Source of the DNA: a virus
Virus record (IMG/VR): IMGVR_UViG_3300009171_000001
Coordinates: 1-64,000 of that record
Length of the DNA: 64,000 bases
Direction: 5' to 3' (one strand)
Positions 55,229 to 64,000 of the stretch are shown here, in pieces. The notes under the pieces are model-generated. The model searched no databases and had not been told where the DNA came from. It saw only the letters and a program-made list of their open reading frames with translations. Positions within the stretch are counted from its first letter, which is position 1; every line of letters begins with the position of its first letter. The position numbers were made by a program, and so were the translations under genes.

Positions 55229-55824
55229 TGAAAACCAAGCGTAAAGGCAGAGGAATGAAAAAAGGCTCTGCATTTGAAAGAGAGATTTGCAAACAACTAA
55301 GTTTGTGGTGGACGGGTAGTGAACGAGATGATGTGTTTTGGCGGACCAGTGGTAGTGGGGCCAGGGCCAAAACCAGGGCTAAGACTGGCGGACAAACCTT
55401 TGGTCAATACGGGGATGTTCAAGCTACTGACCCAATAGGCCAACCACTTTTGGATTTATTCTCTATTGAAATCAAACGTGGTTATAGTAAAGCAACCTTG
55501 TCTGATTTTGTGGATAGCAAACAAAAAGCCAAACCCCAACTACAAAAGTTTTTGGAGCAGACAATAAAAGACAGCCAGCTAAAAGGGGGAATGTGTAGTT
55601 GGATGTTATTAGTAAAACGGGATTACAAAAACACTCTTCTTTTTACCCCCTACAACCCCTTCAAAATAATGACCTCCTATCAAGATAAACAAAAAACCGA
55701 AATGGGGTGTGTGTTATTAAAATGTAAATTATTAGGTATAAAACAAACCATACTCATTTGTAGTTTGGACTGGTTTTTCAAACGGATAACTTCAAAGGAT
55801 ATTAAACATTATGAAAAAGGGTAG
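55228..55824 (+). CDS. Holliday junction resolvase (PD-(D/E)XK)
   Basis: KG..FERE+CK.LS.W, R..GSG, GD+ and IE+K motifs. Confidence 0.8.
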   Translation: MKTKRKGRGMKKGSAFEREICKQLSLWWTGSERDDVFWRTSGSGARAKTRAKTGGQTFGQYGDVQATDPIGQPLLDLFSIEIKRGYSKATLSDFVDSKQKAKPQLQKFLEQTIKDSQLKGGMCSWMLLVKRDYKNTLLFTPYNPFKIMTSYQDKQKTEMGCVLLKCKLLGIKQTILICSLDWFFKRITSKDIKHYEKG

Positions 55825-56007
55825 ATACAAAGGTAATGAATTTGATACTTTATTGCTGTGTCCTAATTGTGGGGAGCGTACATTGCGACGGAAAAGAAAA
55901 AAGCGAACCTGGATTTGTCCACTTTGTAAATATAGGGAAGAGAGATAACAATGAAAATTCCAATTCAAACTGAAAGGTTCGAGGCCAACCGATAAAGGAC
56001 TGACTGA

Positions 56008-56193
56008 ATGACAGATAAAGATTATCGCAATATGATGGAGGAATTACTTGCACAAGATTCCGGTTTGACGGCTTGGGAAATAGATTTTCTCGATAGTTTG
56101 TGCAACAAGGGCTTTCAGAACGAAGAATACTGGCATTTTACCGAGAAACAGTTGGCTTGCTTTGAAAAGATTTACAATAGGATTTTCAGATGA
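56008..56193 (+). CDS. Hypothetical protein
   Basis: LT.WE.DF+DS...TEKQ...+.KI small phage family pattern. Confidence 0.55.
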   Translation: MTDKDYRNMMEELLAQDSGLTAWEIDFLDSLCNKGFQNEEYWHFTEKQLACFEKIYNRIFR

Positions 56194-56306
56194 CAGATAA
56201 AGGAATGACTGAATGAAGCGTATCTGCATATCAAAAACTAACACAATGTCCCCCAGCGACAAAATCAGATATAAAGAATAAATTTAACAAAACGATGTAA
56301 ACCATT

Positions 56307-56531
56307 ATGATATCATCAGATAATATATCCCGCAAACAAGCCCGCAAACTTGTCAAATTATTAGAACGATGGACCAGAGCAGATGTAATGAGCCGTCTGG
56401 GACAGTTTGACAATTTGGAATATCTGGATTATGCCCAACATAAAATAGATTATGAAGATAAAATACGAAAAATGTTATTTGATACTTCAAACTTTGCAGA
56501 GTTAGCAAAACTGTGGGGTATTAGAAAATAG
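56307..56531 (+). CDS. Hypothetical protein
   Basis: 74-aa ORF on the operon strand. Confidence 0.45.
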   Translation: MISSDNISRKQARKLVKLLERWTRADVMSRLGQFDNLEYLDYAQHKIDYEDKIRKMLFDTSNFAELAKLWGIRK

Positions 56532-56648
56532 CCAGGAATGAACCTTGCCCTTGTGGTAGCGGTAAAAAGTTCAAAAAGTATTATTGGCTTGAAGCAATAT
56601 AATGAAAAAATGGATAAGCAATAATATATAGAAAGGATTAATCGAAAA

Positions 56649-57188
56649 ATGAAAAACGAATCGCCCATACATATAACCATCCCATTTTGGGGTTTGTTAC
56701 TTTCTTTGGTTGTATTTTTCTTTGTAGGATTAGGCATTCCCGTAGTTATTAATACGAGCAAACCACTCTTGACCGGAATCGAGACCGAACCCAATCTTCT
56801 CTCCACTCCTCCTTTTCATCAAAAAGGGCAAAGTCTCGATTCCATTATTACTAATCCCAACCCTATCAACATAAAATCCCTGGGCAAATATACAGTAACC
56901 GCCTATTGTCCTTGTGAGAAATGTTGTGGGGTTTGGGCCACTAAACCAGGCCCAAGAGTTACTGCTAATGGACATAGTATTGAACCTAATGACCGTTTTG
57001 TAGCAGCACCAAAAAACATGCCTTTCAAAACAAAGTTGATTATTGAAGGGTACACAGATGGTTTGGTTTTTGTATATGACAGGGGAGGGGCCATCAAAAA
57101 CAAAAAACTTGATGTATTTTTTCCTACTCATCAAGAGGCATTAAATTGGGGTGTCAAAGAGATTGAAGTGTTTGAGGTGAAAGAATAA
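56649..57188 (+). CDS. Membrane-anchored 3D-domain (lytic transglycosylase-like) protein
   Basis: N-terminal TM; VTAYCPC..CCG, TA.G, DRGGAIK..+LDVF...H.EA..WG. Confidence 0.88.
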   Translation: MKNESPIHITIPFWGLLLSLVVFFFVGLGIPVVINTSKPLLTGIETEPNLLSTPPFHQKGQSLDSIITNPNPINIKSLGKYTVTAYCPCEKCCGVWATKPGPRVTANGHSIEPNDRFVAAPKNMPFKTKLIIEGYTDGLVFVYDRGGAIKNKKLDVFFPTHQEALNWGVKEIEVFEVKE

Positions 57189-57652
57189 TGTGGCCATATA
57201 GGGGAAGACGATTAGATAACGGTGAGTGGGCCTATGGCTATTATCTGGTGGTAGAAAGCCGTAGTTTTATTTGGAATGGTTATCATGAGGCAAGTAGATG
57301 TGGTGAAGATTCTTGCATACACCTGTCTTTCTATAACAGCCTTATTGAGGTTGACCCTGCCACAGTGGGCCAGTCCACCGGCAAGAGGGACTGCAAGCGG
57401 ACGGCGGAATATCCAGAGGGGCAGGAGATATATAAGGGAGATAAACTTAGAGACGACACGGGCGAAATCGGGATTGTTCGGTTCGGAGAGTTGCCCCTGG
57501 ATAAATCAGGTGATTGTGTGTGTCGTTATTTGACGTTTTATGTCGAATGTCTTGGCAAATTAGGCCAAGCACCGTTTTATGCTTGTGTAGATATAGGCGA
57601 TTGGATGGAGGTTATCGGCACAATCCACGACAAGGAGAAGGAACAATACTAA
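57188..57652 (+). CDS. YopX family protein
   Basis: YRG++.DNGEW.YG, VDP.TVGQ.TG..D, EIY.GD and EVIG.IHD motifs. Confidence 0.88.
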   Translation: MWPYRGRRLDNGEWAYGYYLVVESRSFIWNGYHEASRCGEDSCIHLSFYNSLIEVDPATVGQSTGKRDCKRTAEYPEGQEIYKGDKLRDDTGEIGIVRFGELPLDKSGDCVCRYLTFYVECLGKLGQAPFYACVDIGDWMEVIGTIHDKEKEQY

Positions 57653-58536
57653 CCAAACTTCAAATCCGCAACTTTCGCAAACATAAGCGATTAGATGTCC
57701 CCTTGTCCCGTATTACTACTATACGTGGGGCAAGTGGGGCGGGCAAGAGTGCTTTGATAGGAGCATTCAAATGGTTAGCCCTCAATCAACCGGCTGGTGA
57801 TGGATTCATCAATTGGGAGGCAAGACAAGCAGCAATCCGCTTACATGTAGATGGTCATGACATCCGCCGCAAACGTGGCCCCACAGACAATAAATATCAA
57901 CTAGATGGGAAAACTTTCAAAGCATTTGGTCCAAATGTACCTGCCCCCATAATAGATATATTAAACATAAACCATCTAAATTTTCAACAGCAACATATAG
58001 GCCCATTTTGGTTCAGAGAAACAGCTGGTGAAGTATCCCGTCAATTAAATACCATTATCAATTTAGACTTGATAGACAGCACCTTAGCCAACTTAGGCAA
58101 ACGTCAACGACAAGCCCAATATCAAATCAAAGATACTCAACAACGAATATCTACTGCAACTCAACAAAAGGCTTCCTTACGATTCATTTTGATATTAGAT
58201 AAAAAGCTGATTGCTCTGGAAGATCAACAAACTCAACTTGTTGAGGATAATCATACAATAAATGTATTATCCGGTTTGATTGAACAAGGTAAATTATATG
58301 AAATAGCAAGCAGTCAAACCATCCCCAATATCCAACCATTATTAACCCTTCATGAGCAATGGAAAGTTCAACAAACATCCTATAAACGATTGAACCAACT
58401 ATATGAACAGGCAAAAGATTATGAAGAAAGTTTTATTCAATTGGGCAATAATATAGATAAGGATGAACAAAAACTGAAACATATGTTGGGTAAACAATGT
58501 CCTTTGTGTGGTAGTATTTTAGGAAAAGCAAAATGA
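57646..58536 (+). CDS. SbcC/Rad50-like ATPase, N-terminal half (Walker A, Q-loop, coiled coil, zinc hook)
   Basis: L.+.NF+.H, GASGAGKS, QQQ and C-terminal CPLC; likely start is the ATA at 57646 behind AAGGAG. Confidence 0.8.
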   Translation: MLTKLQIRNFRKHKRLDVPLSRITTIRGASGAGKSALIGAFKWLALNQPAGDGFINWEARQAAIRLHVDGHDIRRKRGPTDNKYQLDGKTFKAFGPNVPAPIIDILNINHLNFQQQHIGPFWFRETAGEVSRQLNTIINLDLIDSTLANLGKRQRQAQYQIKDTQQRISTATQQKASLRFILILDKKLIALEDQQTQLVEDNHTINVLSGLIEQGKLYEIASSQTIPNIQPLLTLHEQWKVQQTSYKRLNQLYEQAKDYEESFIQLGNNIDKDEQKLKHMLGKQCPLCGSILGKAK

Positions 58537-59516
58537 AAATGGCCTCAGCACAACAAATCTATCCCATAGCCATATGTACTGCGGACTGGCATCTATCTCA
58601 CAATCCCCCTATTTTCCGTTCTGCCGAACCAAATTGGTATGCTGCTATGCAAAGAGTCTTGGAGGAAATAGTCAAGTTATCTGTAACTTTTGATGGCCCA
58701 ATTTTGTGTGCTGGGGATATGTTTCACAAATGGAATAGCCCCCCAGAATTGATAAATTTTGCTATGAGAAGGCCCAATCGGGGCAAAACATTGGCGATAG
58801 CAGGTCAACATGATTTACCCAATCATAATTTTAATGAGATAGAACGGAGTGCTTATTGGACTTTGTGTTATGGAAATGCCATCCATCATATAGATGCTAA
58901 AATACCATCAAATTGGGGGGAGATGAAAATTTATGGATTCTCATATGGCTCTCCTTTGAAACCCTTACCAAAAGAGAAAGTATCTAATAAATTGATAAAT
59001 GTAGCCCTTGTTCATGATTATGTATGGACAGCAGCAGCTGGATGCTCTTATCCCCATGCTCCAAAGAACAAGGAAATCAAAAATCAATCACATAGCAAAC
59101 ATCTTATTAATGGTAAGTATTATGGATATGATGTAATTGTCTATGGGGATAATCACCGAGGATTCAAAAGGCAAATAGGTGAAACTGTCATTTTTAATTG
59201 TGGTACTTTAATGCGCCGCAATTCGGACGAAATAAATTATTGTCCACAAGTGGGTTTGCTTATGTCTGACGGTTCGGTGGAAATTCATCTTTTAGATATA
59301 TCTCAAGACAAATGTTTGCCAGTGGAGGAGGCTAAAGTTGCTGAACGAGAAGATGAATTAAATATGGAGAAATTGGCAGCGGAGCTACACCAGTTGGGCT
59401 CATCTGCTTTAGATTTTGCCGCCGCCCTTGAATCCTATTGTGAGGCTAATAGTATAAAGGAATCAGTGAAAAAGATTTTGCTTGAGGCTATGAATACAGA
59501 TGAAAGACCTGACTGA
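58533..59516 (+). CDS. SbcD/Mre11-like metallophosphoesterase nuclease
   Basis: ADWH, AGD.F, GQHD and GDNH motifs. Confidence 0.88.
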   Translation: MKMASAQQIYPIAICTADWHLSHNPPIFRSAEPNWYAAMQRVLEEIVKLSVTFDGPILCAGDMFHKWNSPPELINFAMRRPNRGKTLAIAGQHDLPNHNFNEIERSAYWTLCYGNAIHHIDAKIPSNWGEMKIYGFSYGSPLKPLPKEKVSNKLINVALVHDYVWTAAAGCSYPHAPKNKEIKNQSHSKHLINGKYYGYDVIVYGDNHRGFKRQIGETVIFNCGTLMRRNSDEINYCPQVGLLMSDGSVEIHLLDISQDKCLPVEEAKVAEREDELNMEKLAAELHQLGSSALDFAAALESYCEANSIKESVKKILLEAMNTDERPD

Positions 59517-59748
59517 CCAACTGCTGGAAATCAAACGTAATGTTGAGCGGATGAAACAAAATAAGGAACAAGCCTGTGGTGCTTTGAGCCAGGTGATGAA
59601 ACAAATACGGGCAGAATTCAAATGTGAAAATTTGGATGATGCGGAAGAACTATTATCCAAAATGAAAAAACAATTGAAACAAGACAAAGAACAATTGGAA
59701 AAATCGGTTATTGTATTAAAACGGGAGTTGGATGAACATGCTTCTTGA
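59500..59748 (+). CDS. Small coiled-coil protein (possible SbcC fragment)
   Basis: Heptad-rich 82 aa between SbcD and the SbcC C-terminal half. Confidence 0.6.
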   Translation: MKDLTDQLLEIKRNVERMKQNKEQACGALSQVMKQIRAEFKCENLDDAEELLSKMKKQLKQDKEQLEKSVIVLKRELDEHAS

Positions 59749-60310
59749 TGCCTTACGCTCCAAAATCAACACTATCAAAGGGCAATACATCACAGCCAAA
59801 TCCCTGTTGCAAAGTGAGACTGAAAATTTACAAAGGATAGAACAGGAACAAGGTTACATAGAGCATGCCTTACAAATAGCTCAAAGTGTAGCCCAAACTA
59901 TACAACAACAAGCCCATGAGAAGATTGCCCGCGTAGTATCTGCCTGTTTACAAACGGTCTTTTATGACCAGGATTATACATTTAAGATACGGTTTGAACG
60001 CAAACGTAAAAAGACAGAGGCCAAGTTGTTACTTATCAAGGATGGCCACGAAATAGAAAATCCAATGGAAGAAGATAGTGGTGGGGTGGTAGATGTATCT
60101 GCTTTCGCTTTGCAATTATCGGCCTTAATGCTGAGCAAACCACCTGTCCGCCGTCTATTTGTTATGGATGAACCGTTCAAATATGTTAGTGCCGAATATC
60201 GGGATAATGTACGACAAATGTTAGAAAAACTGGCTGAGGATTTTGATGTGCAATTTTTGATGGTTACGCATATTGAAGAATTGATGACAGGAGAGGAAAT
60301 ACAATTATGA
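59732..60310 (+). CDS. SbcC/Rad50-like ATPase, C-terminal half
   Basis: Signature SGG, Walker B VMDEPF, H-loop VTH. Confidence 0.85.
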   Translation: MNMLLDALRSKINTIKGQYITAKSLLQSETENLQRIEQEQGYIEHALQIAQSVAQTIQQQAHEKIARVVSACLQTVFYDQDYTFKIRFERKRKKTEAKLLLIKDGHEIENPMEEDSGGVVDVSAFALQLSALMLSKPPVRRLFVMDEPFKYVSAEYRDNVRQMLEKLAEDFDVQFLMVTHIEELMTGEEIQL

Positions 60311-60555
60311 AAAAACCATTTGTACCTGATGAATATGCTCATATTGTGAAATTGATACTTCCTACTGTGATAGAATTAGCTGAAGAACGGGATGGTTTGG
60401 TTGCTGATGAGGAGACTTGTAGAATAATATATTACTGTTTGGGTACTGGATTTTCGTTGGGTATGGCCTATAATCAAACAGATAAAACCAAACCTTGGGA
60501 GCTGAGAGTGTATGAAGCCTTAGAGATAGTCAAATCAGGAAAATTGAATTCATAA
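60307..60555 (+). CDS. Hypothetical protein
   Basis: 82 aa; last gene of the plus-strand block. Confidence 0.5.
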   Translation: MKKPFVPDEYAHIVKLILPTVIELAEERDGLVADEETCRIIYYCLGTGFSLGMAYNQTDKTKPWELRVYEALEIVKSGKLNS

Positions 60556-60685
60556 AAGGTGGGGTGTGTCATTGGTTGGGCTAAGGTCTTTTCGGAAAGG
60601 ACACCAAAACACACCCCATTACGCATACCACTGGAGAAACACACCTAAAGTAATCTATATAGCCGTTAAATTCGTTTCTACGCAC

Positions 60686-60760
60686 GCTACAGCCTGTGTA
60701 TTTCCCCCGAGTAGGGGGGGAAACCCGTACTTTTAATAATCGCCTGTCTAATCGCACGGT
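60686..60760. repeat. Dispersed intergenic repeat, copy 2
   Basis: 31-bp identity with 36895-36925; lies at the convergence of the + and - gene blocks. Confidence 0.85.
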
Positions 60761-60788
60761 GGTGGTTTTTTGCAATTCCATAGAAATA

Positions 60789-61388
60789 TCACGTTTTCCT
60801 TTTCATACCTACCCGCAAATTACCATTATGAATCCTAACTGTGCGGGATGCCTGGTAATGTACGATGATTGGACTTTTTATATATTTCATCTTATCCATA
60901 ATCTTACAGTATTCGCCTGGCAACAATTCAAAATCCTTTTTCAACACAGCCTCCAAATGTTTTTGGTCCCATATTTTAGGTTGCTCTTTACACAGCTTCT
61001 CCCATTGTTCTACAATAGCAAAAACTTTTGGACTATTACGAAAATAAACCGTGCCACTCAATAATTCTGGTATCCAATCAGCCTTATTATATTCCTTACC
61101 ATCATATACATAAGCAGCAACATCACAGGATAGATTATCAAACAAAATAGGATATGCAAAGAACTCAGCATCACAATCCACCCAAACAATGTTTGTTTCA
61201 GGAAATTTTAATAACATATTCTTTACGAAGGTTGGCTTATATCCAGTATTTTTCTGCCAATTCCCCAAACTTTCAATCCCCTCTACATGATAAGGTATAT
61301 TGAATTTTTGAAGGGATTGAACAAATTTTTGGGCCTTCCCTTCATATATGGTATTGTGGGTGTAATAAGAGACAATTAGATAACTCAT
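60789..61388 (-). CDS. Nucleotide-diphospho-sugar transferase (GT-A fold)
   Basis: KP.F+, VWVDCD DxD motif, SG.+YF, WDQ..L and H.QASR motifs. Confidence 0.8.
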   Translation of the reverse strand: MSYLIVSYYTHNTIYEGKAQKFVQSLQKFNIPYHVEGIESLGNWQKNTGYKPTFVKNMLLKFPETNIVWVDCDAEFFAYPILFDNLSCDVAAYVYDGKEYNKADWIPELLSGTVYFRNSPKVFAIVEQWEKLCKEQPKIWDQKHLEAVLKKDFELLPGEYCKIMDKMKYIKSPIIVHYQASRTVRIHNGNLRVGMKRKT

Positions 61389-62263
61389 ACAACCTCAAAA
61401 ATCTCTGCATATTTTTTTGCTACTTTGGTTATATCATGATTTTGAACAGCAAATTCCCTCGCCTCTTTTTTCATCCGTTCATATAATTCTTTATCCTTGC
61501 TCATCCATATCATTCTCTCCTGTACCTCCCGTATATTTTTCTCTACAAGGAATCCTTGTTTCCCATCTATTAGGGCGTGACTATGAAATCCAACTTTTGT
61601 AATAATAACGGGAATGCCGCAGGCCAAAGCCTCTGTCACGACATTAGAACATCCCTCACCATCACTCAATAAGATGAGACAGTGGATTTTGTTATAGAAT
61701 TCACTAACCATCTTATCTGCTGATAATTGGTTCACCCCATATATTACATTGAATTGAGCAACTTCATTAAGAAGTTCTTTGATGGCTGCCTGATACACAT
61801 TCCATCCCTTGTAAATAGAGTACGCACCAGATATGTTACCCGCAAACCCAAATGTGAATATGTTGGATTGTTTGCTATAATCCGGCTTATAGTATTCCAA
61901 ATCAACTCCATTTGTCTGCATGATGACATTCTGATTGTATTTTGAAGCCTTATCAAAAAGCATCTTATTTGTACAGATAATCCCAGACACCTGAGACAAT
62001 TTACTTTTGTCTGAATCAGTCAATGCCCGCATGCTATCCAGGACGGATATGACTTTATGAAAATCTGAATACATATAAAAACTCAAAGGATTCATTGCCA
62101 CAATAATATCCATTTTTGGAGTGATCAAATCGGCCTGTTCCCGATTAGTAGAAACGGTATAAATAAAATGATGTTCATATTGTGGCATTTGAGTAGCCAA
62201 GGCTTTTGCATTCACATCATATGCCCATCCAGGCTCATCACTAATCCATAAAACCTTTTTCAT
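61385..62263 (-). CDS. Glycosyltransferase family 4 (GT-B)
   Basis: NGVD, KG, S..EG....+.EA+ACG+PV+.T.VG motifs. Confidence 0.9.
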   Translation of the reverse strand: MKKVLWISDEPGWAYDVNAKALATQMPQYEHHFIYTVSTNREQADLITPKMDIIVAMNPLSFYMYSDFHKVISVLDSMRALTDSDKSKLSQVSGIICTNKMLFDKASKYNQNVIMQTNGVDLEYYKPDYSKQSNIFTFGFAGNISGAYSIYKGWNVYQAAIKELLNEVAQFNVIYGVNQLSADKMVSEFYNKIHCLILLSDGEGCSNVVTEALACGIPVIITKVGFHSHALIDGKQGFLVEKNIREVQERMIWMSKDKELYERMKKEAREFAVQNHDITKVAKKYAEIFEVV

Positions 62264-62967
62264 AATCTCTTTTCCTTAATAATTGTATGAGATAATGCTC
62301 TTTGATTGGCAAGAGCAAAAATATCAATTCCATCTTGTCTTGGGGCAATACTTGACCCTACACGCCGAGTGTACAAAACTTCACAACACACCCATCCTTT
62401 GTAAAATTGTTGAATCCGCCGACAGTAATTATATGACTCCCCATGAAACGTGCCAAGGTCATAATATCCTATTTTATTAAAAACCTCACGGGTGAACATT
62501 ATAGAGGCATCTATCATACAATGAGTATAAGGATAAATCTTCTCCAAATCCTCATTAGTACATCTACAATGGGTATCGACATAGTGAATTATTGGATTGC
62601 CTTTGATATCAATAGAATTACCCCAACAACCCACAAAACCAACTCCCTTTTCAAACAAATGTAATTGTTTTTCCAACCGCATCGGATGACTTATATCATC
62701 ACCATCCATCCTAACAATAAAATCACCCCTAACTAAGTCAAGACAATCATTCAATCGGGTAGTTAATCCCTCATTTTTATCACTTCGATATGCCCTTATC
62801 CGAGAGTCTTGGCATGATTGTATTTTACCAAGTACGGGCTCAGTCGAACCATCATCCATAATAATGAATTCAAAATCCGTCTCCGTTTGATTAAGAATAC
62901 TTTCAATAGCTTCTCCCAAAAAACGGATTCCATTATACACAGGCATTATCACGGATATTTTAGGCAT
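62260..62967 (-). CDS. Glycosyltransferase family 2
   Basis: ISV+MPVYN, DDGST and RMDGDD motifs. Confidence 0.92.
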   Translation of the reverse strand: MPKISVIMPVYNGIRFLGEAIESILNQTETDFEFIIMDDGSTEPVLGKIQSCQDSRIRAYRSDKNEGLTTRLNDCLDLVRGDFIVRMDGDDISHPMRLEKQLHLFEKGVGFVGCWGNSIDIKGNPIIHYVDTHCRCTNEDLEKIYPYTHCMIDASIMFTREVFNKIGYYDLGTFHGESYNYCRRIQQFYKGWVCCEVLYTRRVGSSIAPRQDGIDIFALANQRALSHTIIKEKRL

Positions 62968-62970
62968 ATA

Positions 62971-64000
62971 TTATCTCATATAATAAACTGTTGATTTTCT
63001 CAGAATCGCCCGATTGTTATGTAATAACTCATAAGCATTTGGTTCCGCCATACCAACAGCCATAGCACTCAGATATTCTACATTTTCATTTTGGATATTG
63101 ATAGATTTCAAAAACTCTTGCATATCCGGTATAAAATAAGACAACCAACAACAAGACAATCCGATTGATTCACAATAGAGCAACATATTTTGAATAGTTG
63201 CAGCAATATCTTGAAACTTCAACACTTCCCATGCAGGATTTTTATGCTGAAAATTAACCGTCTGCGGTTCACCAAAATCATAACCAACAAAAATAATAGC
63301 TGGTGGAAAGCACGATGTGTACTTATGCTTGGCATAAATACTTGCTAATATCTTTTTGTCTGTAACTATCTTAAATCTTATACATTGTGAATTTGCACCG
63401 GAGGGGGCATCTATCCCAATTTGAATGATATCATTCAAAACATTATTTGGGATTATAGTTGGCCTCCATTTTCTAATTGTTCTCCTATGATAAATAACAT
63501 CTTTAACCATATTCAGATTTGGAACAACCCCAGTATGAATTACGGATGAAATTGTTTGGTAGTATAATGCAATAGCTTTGGACGGATTATAGGTGAAGGG
63601 TTTTGAAATGTTTTGAAGACTTTTAGAAAAAGAGGAAACATCCATACATATGGAAGTATTTGTATCCAGATATTTGTACCAATAGGTTGAACTGATGATT
63701 TTATGATTTATGGTAGGAAATGCTATACAAGGTGTCCCCGCTACACCAGCAAATACCGTACCATGAAATCTATCAGTTACCACCAACCGATAGTGGGAGA
63801 TATGGTCCAATAATTCTGGCAACTTTTTGTCGATGTTAAGAATTGGTTTTCGATTACCATCAACATGCCCCTCAGTATCTATAATATCAACCTTTGAATC
63901 TATATCCTTACATTGTTTGATAACATCTTGTTTTTGCATTTTCAGCCAATCTTCTTTGTCCTCACGGAAAATACAAAGGATACCTTGTCTATCATACTTT
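62971..64000 (-). CDS. Polysaccharide pyruvyltransferase domain fused to a nitroreductase domain (5' end outside the window)
   Basis: VVTDRFHG.+FA...TP.+A (pyruvyltransferase C-terminus); RR++R.+...APSG.N.Q...QN++L.....GL.SCW (nitroreductase); frame open to the window edge. Confidence 0.75.
   Translation of the reverse strand, partial: KYDRQGILCIFREDKEDWLKMQKQDVIKQCKDIDSKVDIIDTEGHVDGNRKPILNIDKKLPELLDHISHYRLVVTDRFHGTVFAGVAGTPCIAFPTINHKIISSTYWYKYLDTNTSICMDVSSFSKSLQNISKPFTYNPSKAIALYYQTISSVIHTGVVPNLNMVKDVIYHRRTIRKWRPTIIPNNVLNDIIQIGIDAPSGANSQCIRFKIVTDKKILASIYAKHKYTSCFPPAIIFVGYDFGEPQTVNFQHKNPAWEVLKFQDIAATIQNMLLYCESIGLSCCWLSYFIPDMQEFLKSINIQNENVEYLSAMAVGMAEPNAYELLHNNRAILRKSTVYYMR

Noticed and set aside
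57514-57645. N-terminal 44 aa of the listed 340-aa ORF
   Set aside because: Overlaps yopX out of frame; SbcC similarity begins only at 57646
1-64000. Alternative genetic code, reverse transcriptase/DGR, or integrase
   Set aside because: Genes are intact under code 11, and no RT or recombinase motifs were recognised in this window

Overview
64-kb segment of an AT-rich, siphovirus-like tailed-phage genome; no integrase, CRISPR array or canonical tRNA was found. Minus strand, 1-22.9 kb: the morphogenesis operon (terS, terL, portal, gpF-like minor head protein, protease/scaffold, decoration protein, major capsid, head-tail joining genes, tail tube, G/GT chaperones with a -1 frameshift, tape measure, distal tail), plus a small accessory gene cluster separated by tRNA-derived hairpins. 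Plus strand, 23.2-60.6 kb: an early region, then replication and recombination genes (SNF2 helicase, primase, initiator, DnaB, clamp, split UDG-exonuclease/PolA, DnaX, UvsY, SSB, RecA, flap nuclease, resolvase, split SbcC with SbcD). It also holds a large predicted DNA-hypermodification cluster (two radical SAM proteins, CmoA-like enzyme, methyltransferases, PLP enzyme, GNAT-like transferase). Minus strand, 60.8-64 kb: glycosyltransferase cluster. The most striking signal is at 23.6-28.5 kb. Each of seven early cistrons is preceded by an RNA-processing element followed by a shared ~40-nt leader/RBS. The elements are four pseudoknotted type II hammerhead ribozymes and three D-arm-less tRNA-like minihelices, in the order T-H-T-H-T-H-H. 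This looks like a self-processing polycistronic cassette array. All protein family calls come from motif recognition, not database searches.
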